Shown: positions 19,300 through 27,132 of the stretch, in pieces | How positions within the stretch are numbered: position 1 is the stretch's first letter | Layout: the number at the start of each line of letters is the position of its first letter | From: a virus | Length of the DNA: 64,000 nucleotides | Reading direction: 5' to 3' (one strand) | Virus record (IMG/VR): IMGVR_UViG_3300050015_000276 | Span: 115,688 to 179,687 of that record | The notes under the pieces: generated by a model | What the model saw: only the letters and a program-made list of their open reading frames with translations | The model's database searches: none | What the model was told of the DNA's origin: nothing | Program-made: the position numbers and the translations under genes

Positions 19300-19641
19300 A
19301 TGAAATTTACAAATGCAAATATGGGCAAGGTTGTGATTCGTTTTCGTCATCGCCTTCCGTCCGTGACAATTCCTAACCAGAATAACAGCTTGGTTTCTAC
19401 TATTAATGGTATGAAGTTTAACCAAGGCTGTACTGAATGCACCATTAACATTGATTGCGATGAGTCTAATTCTCCAATGTATGTTTTCTTTGGGGAAGCT
19501 CTCACACATCCAGCAGACAATTATAAGAAGGAAACAGGTCGCCTACTTTCTCTTACCAGGGCAGTAGAGGCGATGGTTGCTTCCAAGTTGTTTTCTGAAG
19601 CTGATGGCCGTGCTGTAATGGTTGGTTATTATAGTCGTTAA
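19300..19641 (+). CDS. Hypothetical conserved phage protein
   Basis: RBS AAGGA; GEA..HP.DNY.K..GR..SL.RA pattern. Confidence 0.7.
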   Translation: MKFTNANMGKVVIRFRHRLPSVTIPNQNNSLVSTINGMKFNQGCTECTINIDCDESNSPMYVFFGEALTHPADNYKKETGRLLSLTRAVEAMVASKLFSEADGRAVMVGYYSR

Positions 19642-19654
19642 TAAAATTGAGGTC

Positions 19655-19721
19655 GAGCGACCGGTAATGGCAGGGTAAAACAATACACTATCCGTGTGGT
19701 GTCGCTTAGGTCCTGCAACCG
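19655..19721 (+). ncRNA. Candidate pseudoknotted leader RNA
   Basis: GAGCGAC/GTCGCTT crossed with GCAGGG/TCCTGC and CGGT/ACCG; inner TACAC/GTGTG hairpin; ends 7 nt before the ATG. Confidence 0.5.
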
Positions 19722-19728
19722 TAATTTT

Positions 19729-20514
19729 ATGTTTAATATAAAAGACTTCCATCTCGGTGATCGTGTAGGAAATTATATCTTGGTTGGTCAATTAGGATCT
19801 AAGGCCTACGGAACCAATACACCTGAATCAGATGATGATTTTACTGGTGTGGTAGTTGCACCTCTTTCTCATTATATTGGTCTTAAGAAATGGGAAAATG
19901 ATGGAACACTTAAGATCGATTTGAAAGAAAGCCATAATGTGGAAATGACAGCTTTTGATGTCCGCAAATTTATTAGATTGGCATTGGCTTTTAATCCAAA
20001 TATCATTCCACTTCTATATCTTCGGCAACAAGATTACGAAATTATTACTGATGGCGGCCAGAAACTTATTTCTGTGCGTGATGCCTTTACCAGTAAACGA
20101 GCATACGCCACAATGATTGGATATGCATATTCGCAGAGACATGCGGTAGTAAATTGTAATACTGGAAAACTTGGTAAGAAACGCAAAGATTTGGTTGCTA
20201 AATTTGGGTATGATACCAAATATGCGAGTCATACTATCCGAATTTTAAATATGGCGATTGAATTCTTCCGAGATGGTAAATTAAATGTATATAGGGCCTT
20301 TGATAGAGATGAATTATTGGATATTCGACAAGGTCGCTGGACTCTTGGACAATGGATTTCTGAAGTTGACAATTTACTTACAAAGGCGAAAGAGGCAGAA
20401 AAGGAAAGTAATCTTCCAGAAACTCCCGATTTCGAGAGAGTAAATGATTTGTGTATGGAGTTAATTGAAACGTATGCAAAGGATGATTGGAATTATGTCT
20501 ATGACGGCACTTAG
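19729..20514 (+). CDS. Predicted nucleotidyltransferase (Pol-beta superfamily)
   Basis: GSKAYGTNTPESDDDFTGV, NPNIIPLL, KFGYDTKYASH.IR. Confidence 0.88.
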   Translation: MFNIKDFHLGDRVGNYILVGQLGSKAYGTNTPESDDDFTGVVVAPLSHYIGLKKWENDGTLKIDLKESHNVEMTAFDVRKFIRLALAFNPNIIPLLYLRQQDYEIITDGGQKLISVRDAFTSKRAYATMIGYAYSQRHAVVNCNTGKLGKKRKDLVAKFGYDTKYASHTIRILNMAIEFFRDGKLNVYRAFDRDELLDIRQGRWTLGQWISEVDNLLTKAKEAEKESNLPETPDFERVNDLCMELIETYAKDDWNYVYDGT

Positions 20515-20586
20515 AAAATTCCAATATGGATCTCTTATATTTGCGGTTATCCTCGGGTTTGCAGAGTGGTTAGCTTGGAGATTACT

Positions 20587-21054
20587 ATGAAAGAAATTAA
20601 AGGTAATTTGTGGGATTTTCAATGTAGTCCTGATTTTTCACCTGTAGTTATTACTACTAATTGCAATGTAAATTACAAGGGTGACGCTGTAATGGGTAAG
20701 GGTATCGCTTTAGAAGCAAAGCAACATTATCCTGGTTTGCCAAAAATGTTAGGAAAACACATTGAACGGTATTTTGATCGTGTAAAATATTTTACAACAT
20801 GTAATTTGTATGTATTGCCTACTAAGTATAATTGGTGGGAAAAATCTAATATTGAATTGATTGAACAGGGTATAATATCATTAGAATCAATTGTTAATTT
20901 GCAATGTTATTATTACAAAGAACAACCAGAAAAATATAAGAAGATTTATATGGTTCGTCCTGGATGTGCAAATGGACAGTTGAATTGGGAAATTGATGTT
21001 AAACCTATTTTAGTCAAATACCTCGATGACCGTTTTATTGTGGTGAATAAATAG
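20587..21054 (+). CDS. Macro-domain-like (ADP-ribose processing) protein
   Basis: MKEIKGNLW, VITTN, AVMGKGIALEAK..YP, LPTK.NW, RPGCANGQL.W. Confidence 0.8.
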   Translation: MKEIKGNLWDFQCSPDFSPVVITTNCNVNYKGDAVMGKGIALEAKQHYPGLPKMLGKHIERYFDRVKYFTTCNLYVLPTKYNWWEKSNIELIEQGIISLESIVNLQCYYYKEQPEKYKKIYMVRPGCANGQLNWEIDVKPILVKYLDDRFIVVNK

Positions 21055-21061
21055 TTTTAAC

Positions 21062-21090
21062 TTGACAACATGTGTCGAGTGTGATAAAAT
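21062..21090 (+). promoter_or_regulatory. sigma70-like promoter with no ORF downstream
   Basis: TTGACA-17nt-TAAAAT with TG extension. Confidence 0.7.
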
Positions 21091-21104
21091 AGTATTTGAT
21101 AAAT

Positions 21105-21263
21105 GGTCCCAAGTCGTTAACGCGCCGGCGCGCGCCGGCGTTTAACGTACACAGTTTCCAAATAAATATCGTTTTTTGGAATTAAAATTGAACTTACCGG
21201 TTGTACGATGAACCTTGTAGTCCAATCTGGAGCGCGTTCGTTTGGTAAATCGCGTGAGGGACC
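21105..21263 (+). ncRNA. Candidate free-standing multi-hairpin ncRNA (~160 nt)
   Basis: Closing stem GGTCCC/GGGACC enclosing four hairpins; lies between two promoters. Confidence 0.55.
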
Positions 21264-21268
21264 GATAC

Positions 21269-21297
21269 TTGACAATACAAATGAAAAGTAGTATACT
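21269..21297 (+). promoter_or_regulatory. sigma70-like early promoter
   Basis: TTGACA-17nt-TATACT. Confidence 0.7.
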
Positions 21298-21318
21298 TTA
21301 ATAGTGAGAGAAAATATT

Positions 21319-21516
21319 ATGACTTTACAACGTGCATTGGCTATCTTGACTAAGTTTTTTGTAGTTAACGGTGATTGTTTTCGTTCGTTGTCTAAGACGT
21401 CCACTATTGCATGGGCGCAACAGATTAAGGACTCCACAAAAGTGAAGCTAGGCGATTGCTATTTGCTAACACAACAGCAACACGCTTTTCTGATTGGGGA
21501 GATTTTGAATTTTTAG
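21319..21516 (+). CDS. Hypothetical protein
   Basis: ORF after promoter. Confidence 0.55.
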   Translation: MTLQRALAILTKFFVVNGDCFRSLSKTSTIAWAQQIKDSTKVKLGDCYLLTQQQHAFLIGEILNF

Positions 21517-21526
21517 AGTGAAAATT

Positions 21527-21763
21527 ATGGCACAACGAAATTGTAGTAATCAGAAATGTACAGGTAAGGCCAATGGCCGGAATGTTTTTTGTTCAAAGTG
21601 TTGGTTTCATGTTCCTGGAGATCTTAGAGCCGCTATCAGAAAGGATAGTGAAAAGGGAGAACATACTTTGAGGGCCCAACCGAGCCGTGAGTGGTTGTCG
21701 ATGGCACTGCGATCTATTAATGATCGCCGACCAGTTAGCAATCAAGTAAGCGAAATCGTGTAG
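21527..21763 (+). CDS. Hypothetical Cys-rich protein
   Basis: C-x4-C...FC..CW. Confidence 0.6.
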   Translation: MAQRNCSNQKCTGKANGRNVFCSKCWFHVPGDLRAAIRKDSEKGEHTLRAQPSREWLSMALRSINDRRPVSNQVSEIV

Positions 21764-21770
21764 ATATTTG

Positions 21771-21865
21771 TGTGCTGGTGGCAAAAGTTATGGAATACCA
21801 TAGCGCCTAGCTGTAGGGTATAACCAGTTCCCACCCCTATTAGGGAACAACATACAGTCAGCACA
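21771..21865 (+). ncRNA. Candidate structured RNA
   Basis: TGTGCTG/CAGCACA closing stem, TTATGG/CCATAG and GTTCCC/GGGAAC hairpins, possible TAGGG/CCCTA pseudoknot. Confidence 0.45.
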
Positions 21866-21897
21866 TTACAGTAATAGGGAAAGATAGACTTAAAGAA

Positions 21898-21970
21898 GCA
21901 CCGTTCGTCTAGTGGTTAGGACAAGTCCGAGAGGCGAAACATTGGTTCGAATCCAATACGGAAGCCACCA
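21898..21970 (+). ncRNA. tRNA-Glu-like RNA lacking a normal anticodon arm
   Basis: GCACCGTTCGTCTAGTGGTTAGGACA 5' end, intact T-arm ATTGG-TTCGAAT-CCAAT, ...CCACCA end; anticodon arm collapsed to CC-GAGA-GG; acceptor stem mispaired. Confidence 0.6.
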
Positions 21971-22024
21971 TCTTTTTGGAACAAAAAGAGCCGACGGGCT
22001 CGCAGTGAAATCCTTTCCCACCGG

Positions 22025-22032
22025 TATAAATA
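22025..22032 (+). promoter_or_regulatory. T4-type late promoter upstream of tRNA-Ala
   Basis: Exact TATAAATA 13 nt upstream of the tRNA. Confidence 0.55.
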
Positions 22033-22044
22033 TTGTTAGTATGC

Positions 22045-22123
22045 GGGGTATGGAGTTGCATGAAGTGACTGCCGCACTTGCAATGCGGAAAACAGCAGGG
22101 TTTGATTCCCTGATACTCCACCA
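22045..22123 (+). tRNA. tRNA-Ala(TGC)
   Basis: GGGGTAT/ATACTCC with G3:U70, CCGCA-CTTGCAA-TGCGG, ACCA end; atypical D-loop. Confidence 0.85.
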
Positions 22124-22131
22124 ATAATTTT

Positions 22132-22338
22132 ATGTTGAGAAAATGTAAATATTCTCGTTGTGGAGAACGTCGATCAAATTGGTGTGTTCCGTATAAACCA
22201 CGGGAACCACAGATGATTGAAGAACCATATGAATATTGTTCTTTTGAGTGCGCTTGTTACGATGGTGCTTTTTGTATAAATTGTGGTGTGTTAGAAGAAA
22301 AACATAAACACAAAGAAGATTGTCACTATAATGGATGA
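22132..22338 (+). CDS. Small Cys-rich hypothetical protein
   Basis: Multiple Cys residues. Confidence 0.5.
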   Translation: MLRKCKYSRCGERRSNWCVPYKPREPQMIEEPYEYCSFECACYDGAFCINCGVLEEKHKHKEDCHYNG

Positions 22339-22350
22339 GTTTATTTTAAT

Positions 22351-22427
22351 GCGTCGGTAGCTAAGTGGATTAAAGCACAGGTCTGCAAAACCTGGAATCG
22401 TAGGTTCGAATCCTACCCGGTGCTCCA
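22351..22427 (+). tRNA. tRNA-Cys(GCA)
   Basis: Loop CTGCAAA, U discriminator, CCA end. Confidence 0.9.
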
Positions 22428-22451
22428 ATATTCGTGGTTGTAGGAAAAAAT

Positions 22452-23156
22452 ATGAAACGTCAAACAAGAGAAAATAATCGCCGGCTCCAACAGTTGCAAT
22501 TGCAATTGAGACAAGCCCAATGTGAAAAGGAACAATGGGCTCTTACTATTGGTGACTTGCAAGCGCAAATTGCTGAATTGGGAGATTCTGAGGAATTTGA
22601 AGATTCTGAGGATTCGGCCGCTGAACTTCGTGAGGATCTAGGGGCTTTACAAGAGTCGTATGACAGTCTTTATGAAGAATTGATGGATAAAGATGCCGAT
22701 CTTGAATCTTTGCAAGATGATTTAGATGCGGCCCAGAGTGAATTGGATGCTGTCAGGAGTGATCTAGAAACTGTACAGAATGAAAATGAAGATTTGTCGT
22801 GTCAATTGACAGATCAGTATAATGATATCGAGGAACTTGAGAGTGAATTGGAAGATTTTCGAGAAGGGGGAGAAGAAGCAGAAGGCCTTCGAGAAGATTT
22901 GGAAAGTGTTAGGGAAGAACTAGAGGAAGTTCAGAATGAGCTTAATGAACTCCGAGATGAAAATTATGAGTTGAGAAGTCAACTTGATGAATCCGAGCAA
23001 GTTCCTGAGGAAATGGATAGTCTAAAGGACCAGCTTTCTGATTTTGAAACTCAAGTTGATTATTTGGAATCGGAAAATGCTAGATATGAAGAAGAAATTG
23101 ATGATTTGAAATTTACTATTGATAAGCTTCAACAGAAGTTGAGTTTTAAGCTTTAA
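22452..23156 (+). CDS. Highly acidic coiled-coil protein
   Basis: Heptad Leu periodicity with very high Asp/Glu content. Confidence 0.8.
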   Translation: MKRQTRENNRRLQQLQLQLRQAQCEKEQWALTIGDLQAQIAELGDSEEFEDSEDSAAELREDLGALQESYDSLYEELMDKDADLESLQDDLDAAQSELDAVRSDLETVQNENEDLSCQLTDQYNDIEELESELEDFREGGEEAEGLREDLESVREELEEVQNELNELRDENYELRSQLDESEQVPEEMDSLKDQLSDFETQVDYLESENARYEEEIDDLKFTIDKLQQKLSFKL

Positions 23157-23217
23157 GTGGTATACCGGTATGAGAATACCGGTCGGAGTAGTAAACGTAC
23201 TAAATAGTAATAAGATT

Positions 23218-23305
23218 GGTAGTATAGTCTCGTACGGCGCGGAGGGCAGACTGTAAATCTGTTGTCTCATAGAAGGCCCAGATAGTTCGATTCTATCTAT
23301 TACCA
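23218..23305 (+). tRNA. tRNA-Tyr(GTA), CCA not encoded
   Basis: GGTAGTA/TATTACC, GCAGA-CTGTAAA-TCTGT, long variable arm. Confidence 0.8.
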
Positions 23306-23327
23306 ACATATAAGTTTATTGAATTTT

Positions 23328-23413
23328 GGCGGGGTGGTGGAACGGTATACACACCAGTTTCAAGAACTGGCGCCCGAAAGGGTATGAGAGTTCGAATCTC
23401 TCGCCCGCTACCA
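23328..23413 (+). tRNA. tRNA-Leu(CAA)
   Basis: CCAGT-TTCAAGA-ACTGG, long variable arm, ACCA end. Confidence 0.9.
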
Positions 23414-23441
23414 AAATATTGAAAGACCCTAATGAGTAATT

Positions 23442-23684
23442 ATGCCTCCAATGTATGAATATGAGTGTGGCCGTTGTGGTGCCACCTTTGAAGTTCGCCA
23501 GAAAATGAGTGATCCGCCACTGAAGAATCATACGGGTCCAAATGATGATCCGGATTTTTGTAATGGTTCTGTTGAGCGGAAAATATCCGCACCTTCTTTA
23601 AAGTTTATAGGAAAAGGGTTTTATGTAAATGACTATCCTAAGAACAAAGAACGCAGAAATGGCAATAAAACTTTTGGCTCTTAG
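23442..23684 (+). CDS. FmdB-family zinc-ribbon protein
   Basis: MPPMYEYECGRCG...FE..QKMSD...FIGKGFYVNDY. Confidence 0.85.
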   Translation: MPPMYEYECGRCGATFEVRQKMSDPPLKNHTGPNDDPDFCNGSVERKISAPSLKFIGKGFYVNDYPKNKERRNGNKTFGS

Positions 23685-23878
23685 TTATGCATACGATACA
23701 CCAGTCAAATTAACACACAAACAAATTGCTGATTTGTTGAGTTGGATAAAAGAAATAGACAGTTTCGGAGAGTAACCGCGAATCTAATCGGTATTAGGCG
23801 TTCGGGAATGGTTATTAGATTACTTCCTGATATAATCTCCTGCTCTCCGGATTTGGGAATTTAGCTCAATTGGTAAGT

Positions 23879-24310
23879 ATGAATAATAGTAAAAAGAATA
23901 AAAATGATTTTCTTGGTGAAAATTCTAGTACTGCTGCTGCTAGATTGAGAAGGAATATTTTATTTCATTTAGCTAAAAAATGTGGAATGAATAAATGTTT
24001 TCGTTGTGGTATTGAGATTGTTGATCCTGAAGAATTTTCTATTGACCATAAACTACCTTGGTTGTATGTAGATATTAAATTATTTTGGGATATGAATAAT
24101 ATTGCTTTTTCTCATAAGCGATGTAATAAGGTTGATAGACCAGAATTGATTCATCGACAAAAAATAAAAAATCCAAAAGGTAAAAATTGGTGTGGCAAAT
24201 GCAAGACTTTCAAAAGTAATAAATTTTTTGGCAAGAAAACCAGTAGTTTGGATGGTATGAGCAATTCATGTTATGATTGCCGTAAAGCTAAAAATTGGGA
24301 TCATAAATAA
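23879..24310 (+). mobile_element. HNH endonuclease (homing-endonuclease-like) inside the tRNA cluster
   Basis: CFRCG...SIDH...NIAFSHKRCN plus a C-terminal CxxC...CxxC. Confidence 0.8.
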
Positions 24311-24318
24311 AATTTTGT

Positions 24319-24394
24319 GCCTATGTGGCTCAATTGGTAGAGCGCCGCACTTGTAATGCGGATATTGGAGGTTCAAGTCCTCTCATAGGCTCCA
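24319..24394 (+). tRNA. tRNA-Thr(TGT)
   Basis: GCCTATG/CATAGGC, loop CTTGTAA, TCCA end. Confidence 0.92.
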
Positions 24395-24502
24395 CAAGTC
24401 AGGATGGGTCGTCTGGCATCCAAAACGGCGCCTATTCACGTAGAGCGCCGTCCTCCTTTAGATCAGCTTATGCATCCGCATAAGTTACCAGGCTGAGAAT
24501 AG

Positions 24503-24530
24503 AATCGGGCCAGAATATTCTGGCCCGATT
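24503..24530. terminator. Perfect 28-bp palindrome, probable terminator
   Basis: AATCGGGCCAGAATATTCTGGCCCGATT equals its own reverse complement. Confidence 0.55.
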
Positions 24531-24534
24531 TCGG

Positions 24535-24563
24535 TTGACATCCACATTAAAATTTGATATACT
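24535..24563 (+). promoter_or_regulatory. sigma70-like early promoter
   Basis: TTGACA-17nt-TATACT. Confidence 0.75.
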
Positions 24564-24569
24564 TAGAAT

Positions 24570-24842
24570 ATGAAAAACCCCTGCGAACAATTTAAACACA
24601 CATTGACTGTCGAAATAACAACTCAATTTCCACAAACATCTAATAGTTTCACTGAATTGATCCGACAAATGTTGGGTCCTTGGTGTAAATCTGTGAACGT
24701 AGTTCGTATGAATGATGAGGGTGTGGAATATACTTCACGGCAATTAAATCCCTTAAGTGATGAATATGTTGGCCATATTATTGCGGATGAATATATGAAA
24801 CACCTATTATTTGCAGGTGATCGTTTGAAGGCTTTAAGATAA
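24570..24842 (+). CDS. Hypothetical protein
   Basis: ORF after promoter, coupled to the ligase gene. Confidence 0.6.
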   Translation: MKNPCEQFKHTLTVEITTQFPQTSNSFTELIRQMLGPWCKSVNVVRMNDEGVEYTSRQLNPLSDEYVGHIIADEYMKHLLFAGDRLKALR

Positions 24843-25942
24843 TGAATAAAACGAAAACTACATTCCCCATATTGTTTCATAAAGGCAAAAGTGGTAAAAT
24901 TGTTCAGTGGAAGATTTGGACATATGGTGATACAATCTTTGTTGAACATGGCCAGGTTGGGGGAAAGCTGCAATTGACGCCCGGCATCATTTGTGAAGCG
25001 AAGAATGTTGGTAGATCCAATGCTACTACTCCGGAAGAACAGGCTATTTCTGAAGCACGTTCAATGTGGACTTATCAATTAGAAAGAAAATATAGTGAGA
25101 CTTTAGCAGATGCGGAAGAAACTGTATTTCTTCCGATGTTAGCTGGAAAGTTTACAGCCCGCAAAAACAAAATTAAGTACCCGGTATCAGTTCAACGGAA
25201 AATTGATGGACTTCGTTGTGTTGCTTCTTGGTCGGGTAATAATGTTAGACTCATGAGTCGTGGAGGTAAAGATTTAAATCTTCCTCATATACAAAAAGAA
25301 TTAGAATCATTTTTACCAAAAGGTACCGTTTTGGACGGCGAATTATATACGCACGGAATTCCATTTCAAACGGTCACTTCTTGGATTAAAAAATTACAAC
25401 CCGAATCACGAAATATCCAATATTTGGTATATGATTGTCCTGAATATAATGGAACATCTAAGAAGTGGATAGAAAGATTGGAAGATTTGAAATCTTTATT
25501 TAAAATGGACCGTAAGAATATTAAATTATTGGAAACACAATCGGCTGATAATGAAGAAGAAGTTCAGAAATTACAGAAACAATTTGTCCAAGAAGGATAT
25601 GAGGGTGCTATTATCCGTGTAAATGATGGAAAATATTTATATGGATTTAGAAGTAATGATCTTCTTAAATTAAAAGATTTTGATGATGCTGAATTTCTAG
25701 TAATAAGTTTTGAACGAGGGGTAGGTAAATTTGAAAACACACCTATTTTAGTGTGTGAAACTAAAGAAGGAAAGACGTTTAAAGTCACACCAAAAGGAAC
25801 TCAAGAGTATAGAGAACAACTCCTAAAGAATATTAAAAAATATATTGGCAAGCAATTGACAGTAAGATATTTTGGTGTTTCTCAGGATTTAATTCCTAGA
25901 TTTCCGGTTGGTGTTGGTTTTAGAGAATCATTTGATATTTAA
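24842..25942 (+). CDS. ATP-dependent DNA ligase
   Basis: QRKIDGLR (KxDG), LDGELY, YLVYD, EGAII, LLKLK, PRFP. Confidence 0.93.
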   Translation: MNKTKTTFPILFHKGKSGKIVQWKIWTYGDTIFVEHGQVGGKLQLTPGIICEAKNVGRSNATTPEEQAISEARSMWTYQLERKYSETLADAEETVFLPMLAGKFTARKNKIKYPVSVQRKIDGLRCVASWSGNNVRLMSRGGKDLNLPHIQKELESFLPKGTVLDGELYTHGIPFQTVTSWIKKLQPESRNIQYLVYDCPEYNGTSKKWIERLEDLKSLFKMDRKNIKLLETQSADNEEEVQKLQKQFVQEGYEGAIIRVNDGKYLYGFRSNDLLKLKDFDDAEFLVISFERGVGKFENTPILVCETKEGKTFKVTPKGTQEYREQLLKNIKKYIGKQLTVRYFGVSQDLIPRFPVGVGFRESFDI

Positions 25943-26560
25943 TTTTTCTTGGTATTGTTTCTTTTTAGTTTCACTCATTTTCTTTTTTGTTTCTTCTGAG
26001 TGTTTTTTACCGAAGAAAGGATTATTTTTACCGGAAATATTAGCATGATTTTTAGAAATTTTCTTTCGGGTTTCTTCTGATCGTTTTTTGCCTGTAAGGG
26101 ATATTGATAATTTCTGTTTATGTTCTTCAGAAAATTTCTTTCCTTTACGAGAATTACTCATTTTCTTTTTAGATTTTTCGGAATGTTTCCGTCCATACAT
26201 AGGATGATTTTCATTAGAATTTAAGTAATTGTTATTTTGTTTTATCCGTTCAAATGATTTTAAATTTATATTTCGATTTTGTTTTGCATTAGTTTGTCCC
26301 ATTCGGGTAAAAGCCCAATACATTTTAGATTTGCCAACTCCACTTACCATTTTTAATAAAAGATGGTGGCAAACCCAATGTTCTTTGAATGTTAAGGATA
26401 TTAGATTTTCTTTTGTATTTGGTCCACAGAATGGTTTACATTTTGGAATGATATGGTGTTTTTCGGTGTAACCAAAAGTAACTGGTCGGACTTTGGCACG
26501 GTCAATAATTCGGTAATAGGTTTTGGTGTATTTGTTATCGAGATAAATAGTATCAGGCAT
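25928..26560 (-). mobile_element. HNH-type homing endonuclease with NUMOD3 repeats
   Basis: [10 protein letters not shown]...N...L...EHWVCHHLL; repeated H-S-E-E-T/S-K-K-K-M/I-S motifs. Confidence 0.85.
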
Positions 26561-26632
26561 TTGTATTCCTTTCCAAAATACGAGTGCTTAGAGGACATGT
26601 GGTATTTCGGTACTACTTGTCCTCGATACTAT

Positions 26633-26640
26633 TATTTATA
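26633..26640 (-). promoter_or_regulatory. T4-type late promoter for the antisense homing endonuclease
   Basis: + strand TATTTATA reads TATAAATA on the minus strand, ~70 nt upstream of the ATG. Confidence 0.65.
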
Positions 26641-26644
26641 GTTG

Positions 26645-26674
26645 TTGACAATTTGAGAATAGAAGTGATATCAT
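26645..26674 (+). promoter_or_regulatory. sigma70-like early promoter
   Basis: TTGACA-18nt-TATCAT. Confidence 0.65.
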
Positions 26675-26680
26675 AAACAT

Positions 26681-27049
26681 ATGAAGACATTCCGAGACAT
26701 TTATAATCTGGTATACCAAATTGAATTGATGACTTATTATGGATATTCTGGTCCAGAAATTGGTGCTGATGGACATAAAACATTTACTAACAGAGTAAAT
26801 CCTGAGATTCAAATTTTAGTTGATTTGCCGGGGAATGAATGGCATCTTATGGTTAAAGGTGTGGTTCATGTTGTGGGTAAATTGAATGATGAATCTCTTC
26901 GGGATATTTTGAGTGGTAATATAACAGCGGCAATGGAATATGAAGAGACTGATGATGAACGCCTGGCCCGCGCGAAAACTTATGAGCCAGATGGTGGCAC
27001 AAGTTCATCGTCTGACAATACATCTTCATCGGCCGGTACTCATAATTAA
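26681..27049 (+). CDS. Hypothetical protein
   Basis: ORF after promoter. Confidence 0.6.
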   Translation: MKTFRDIYNLVYQIELMTYYGYSGPEIGADGHKTFTNRVNPEIQILVDLPGNEWHLMVKGVVHVVGKLNDESLRDILSGNITAAMEYEETDDERLARAKTYEPDGGTSSSSDNTSSSAGTHN

Positions 27050-27053
27050 ATAA

Positions 27054-27130
27054 AGGGGTATAGTCTAATTGGCTATGACGCCAGGCTCTGAACCTGGAGA
27101 CTGAAAGTTCAAGTCTTTCTGCCCCTACCA
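27054..27130 (+). tRNA. tRNA-Gln(CTG)
   Basis: AGGGGTA/TGCCCCT, CCAGG-CTCTGAA-CCTGG, ACCA end. Confidence 0.9.
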
Positions 27131-27132
27131 AT

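Noticed and set aside
21117-21437. Minus-strand 106-aa ORF and the 21909-22127 ORFs over the ncRNA/tRNA elements
   Set aside because: They overlap promoters and tRNA-like structures and read as translation of GC-rich RNA elements.
24425-24451. CTA-TTCACG-TAG looks like an HDV/theta ribozyme P3-L3 next to a tRNA
   Set aside because: The flanks pair with each other as a simple hairpin (ACGGCGC/GCGCCGT), not the P1/P2 nested pseudoknot; no J4/2 motif seen.
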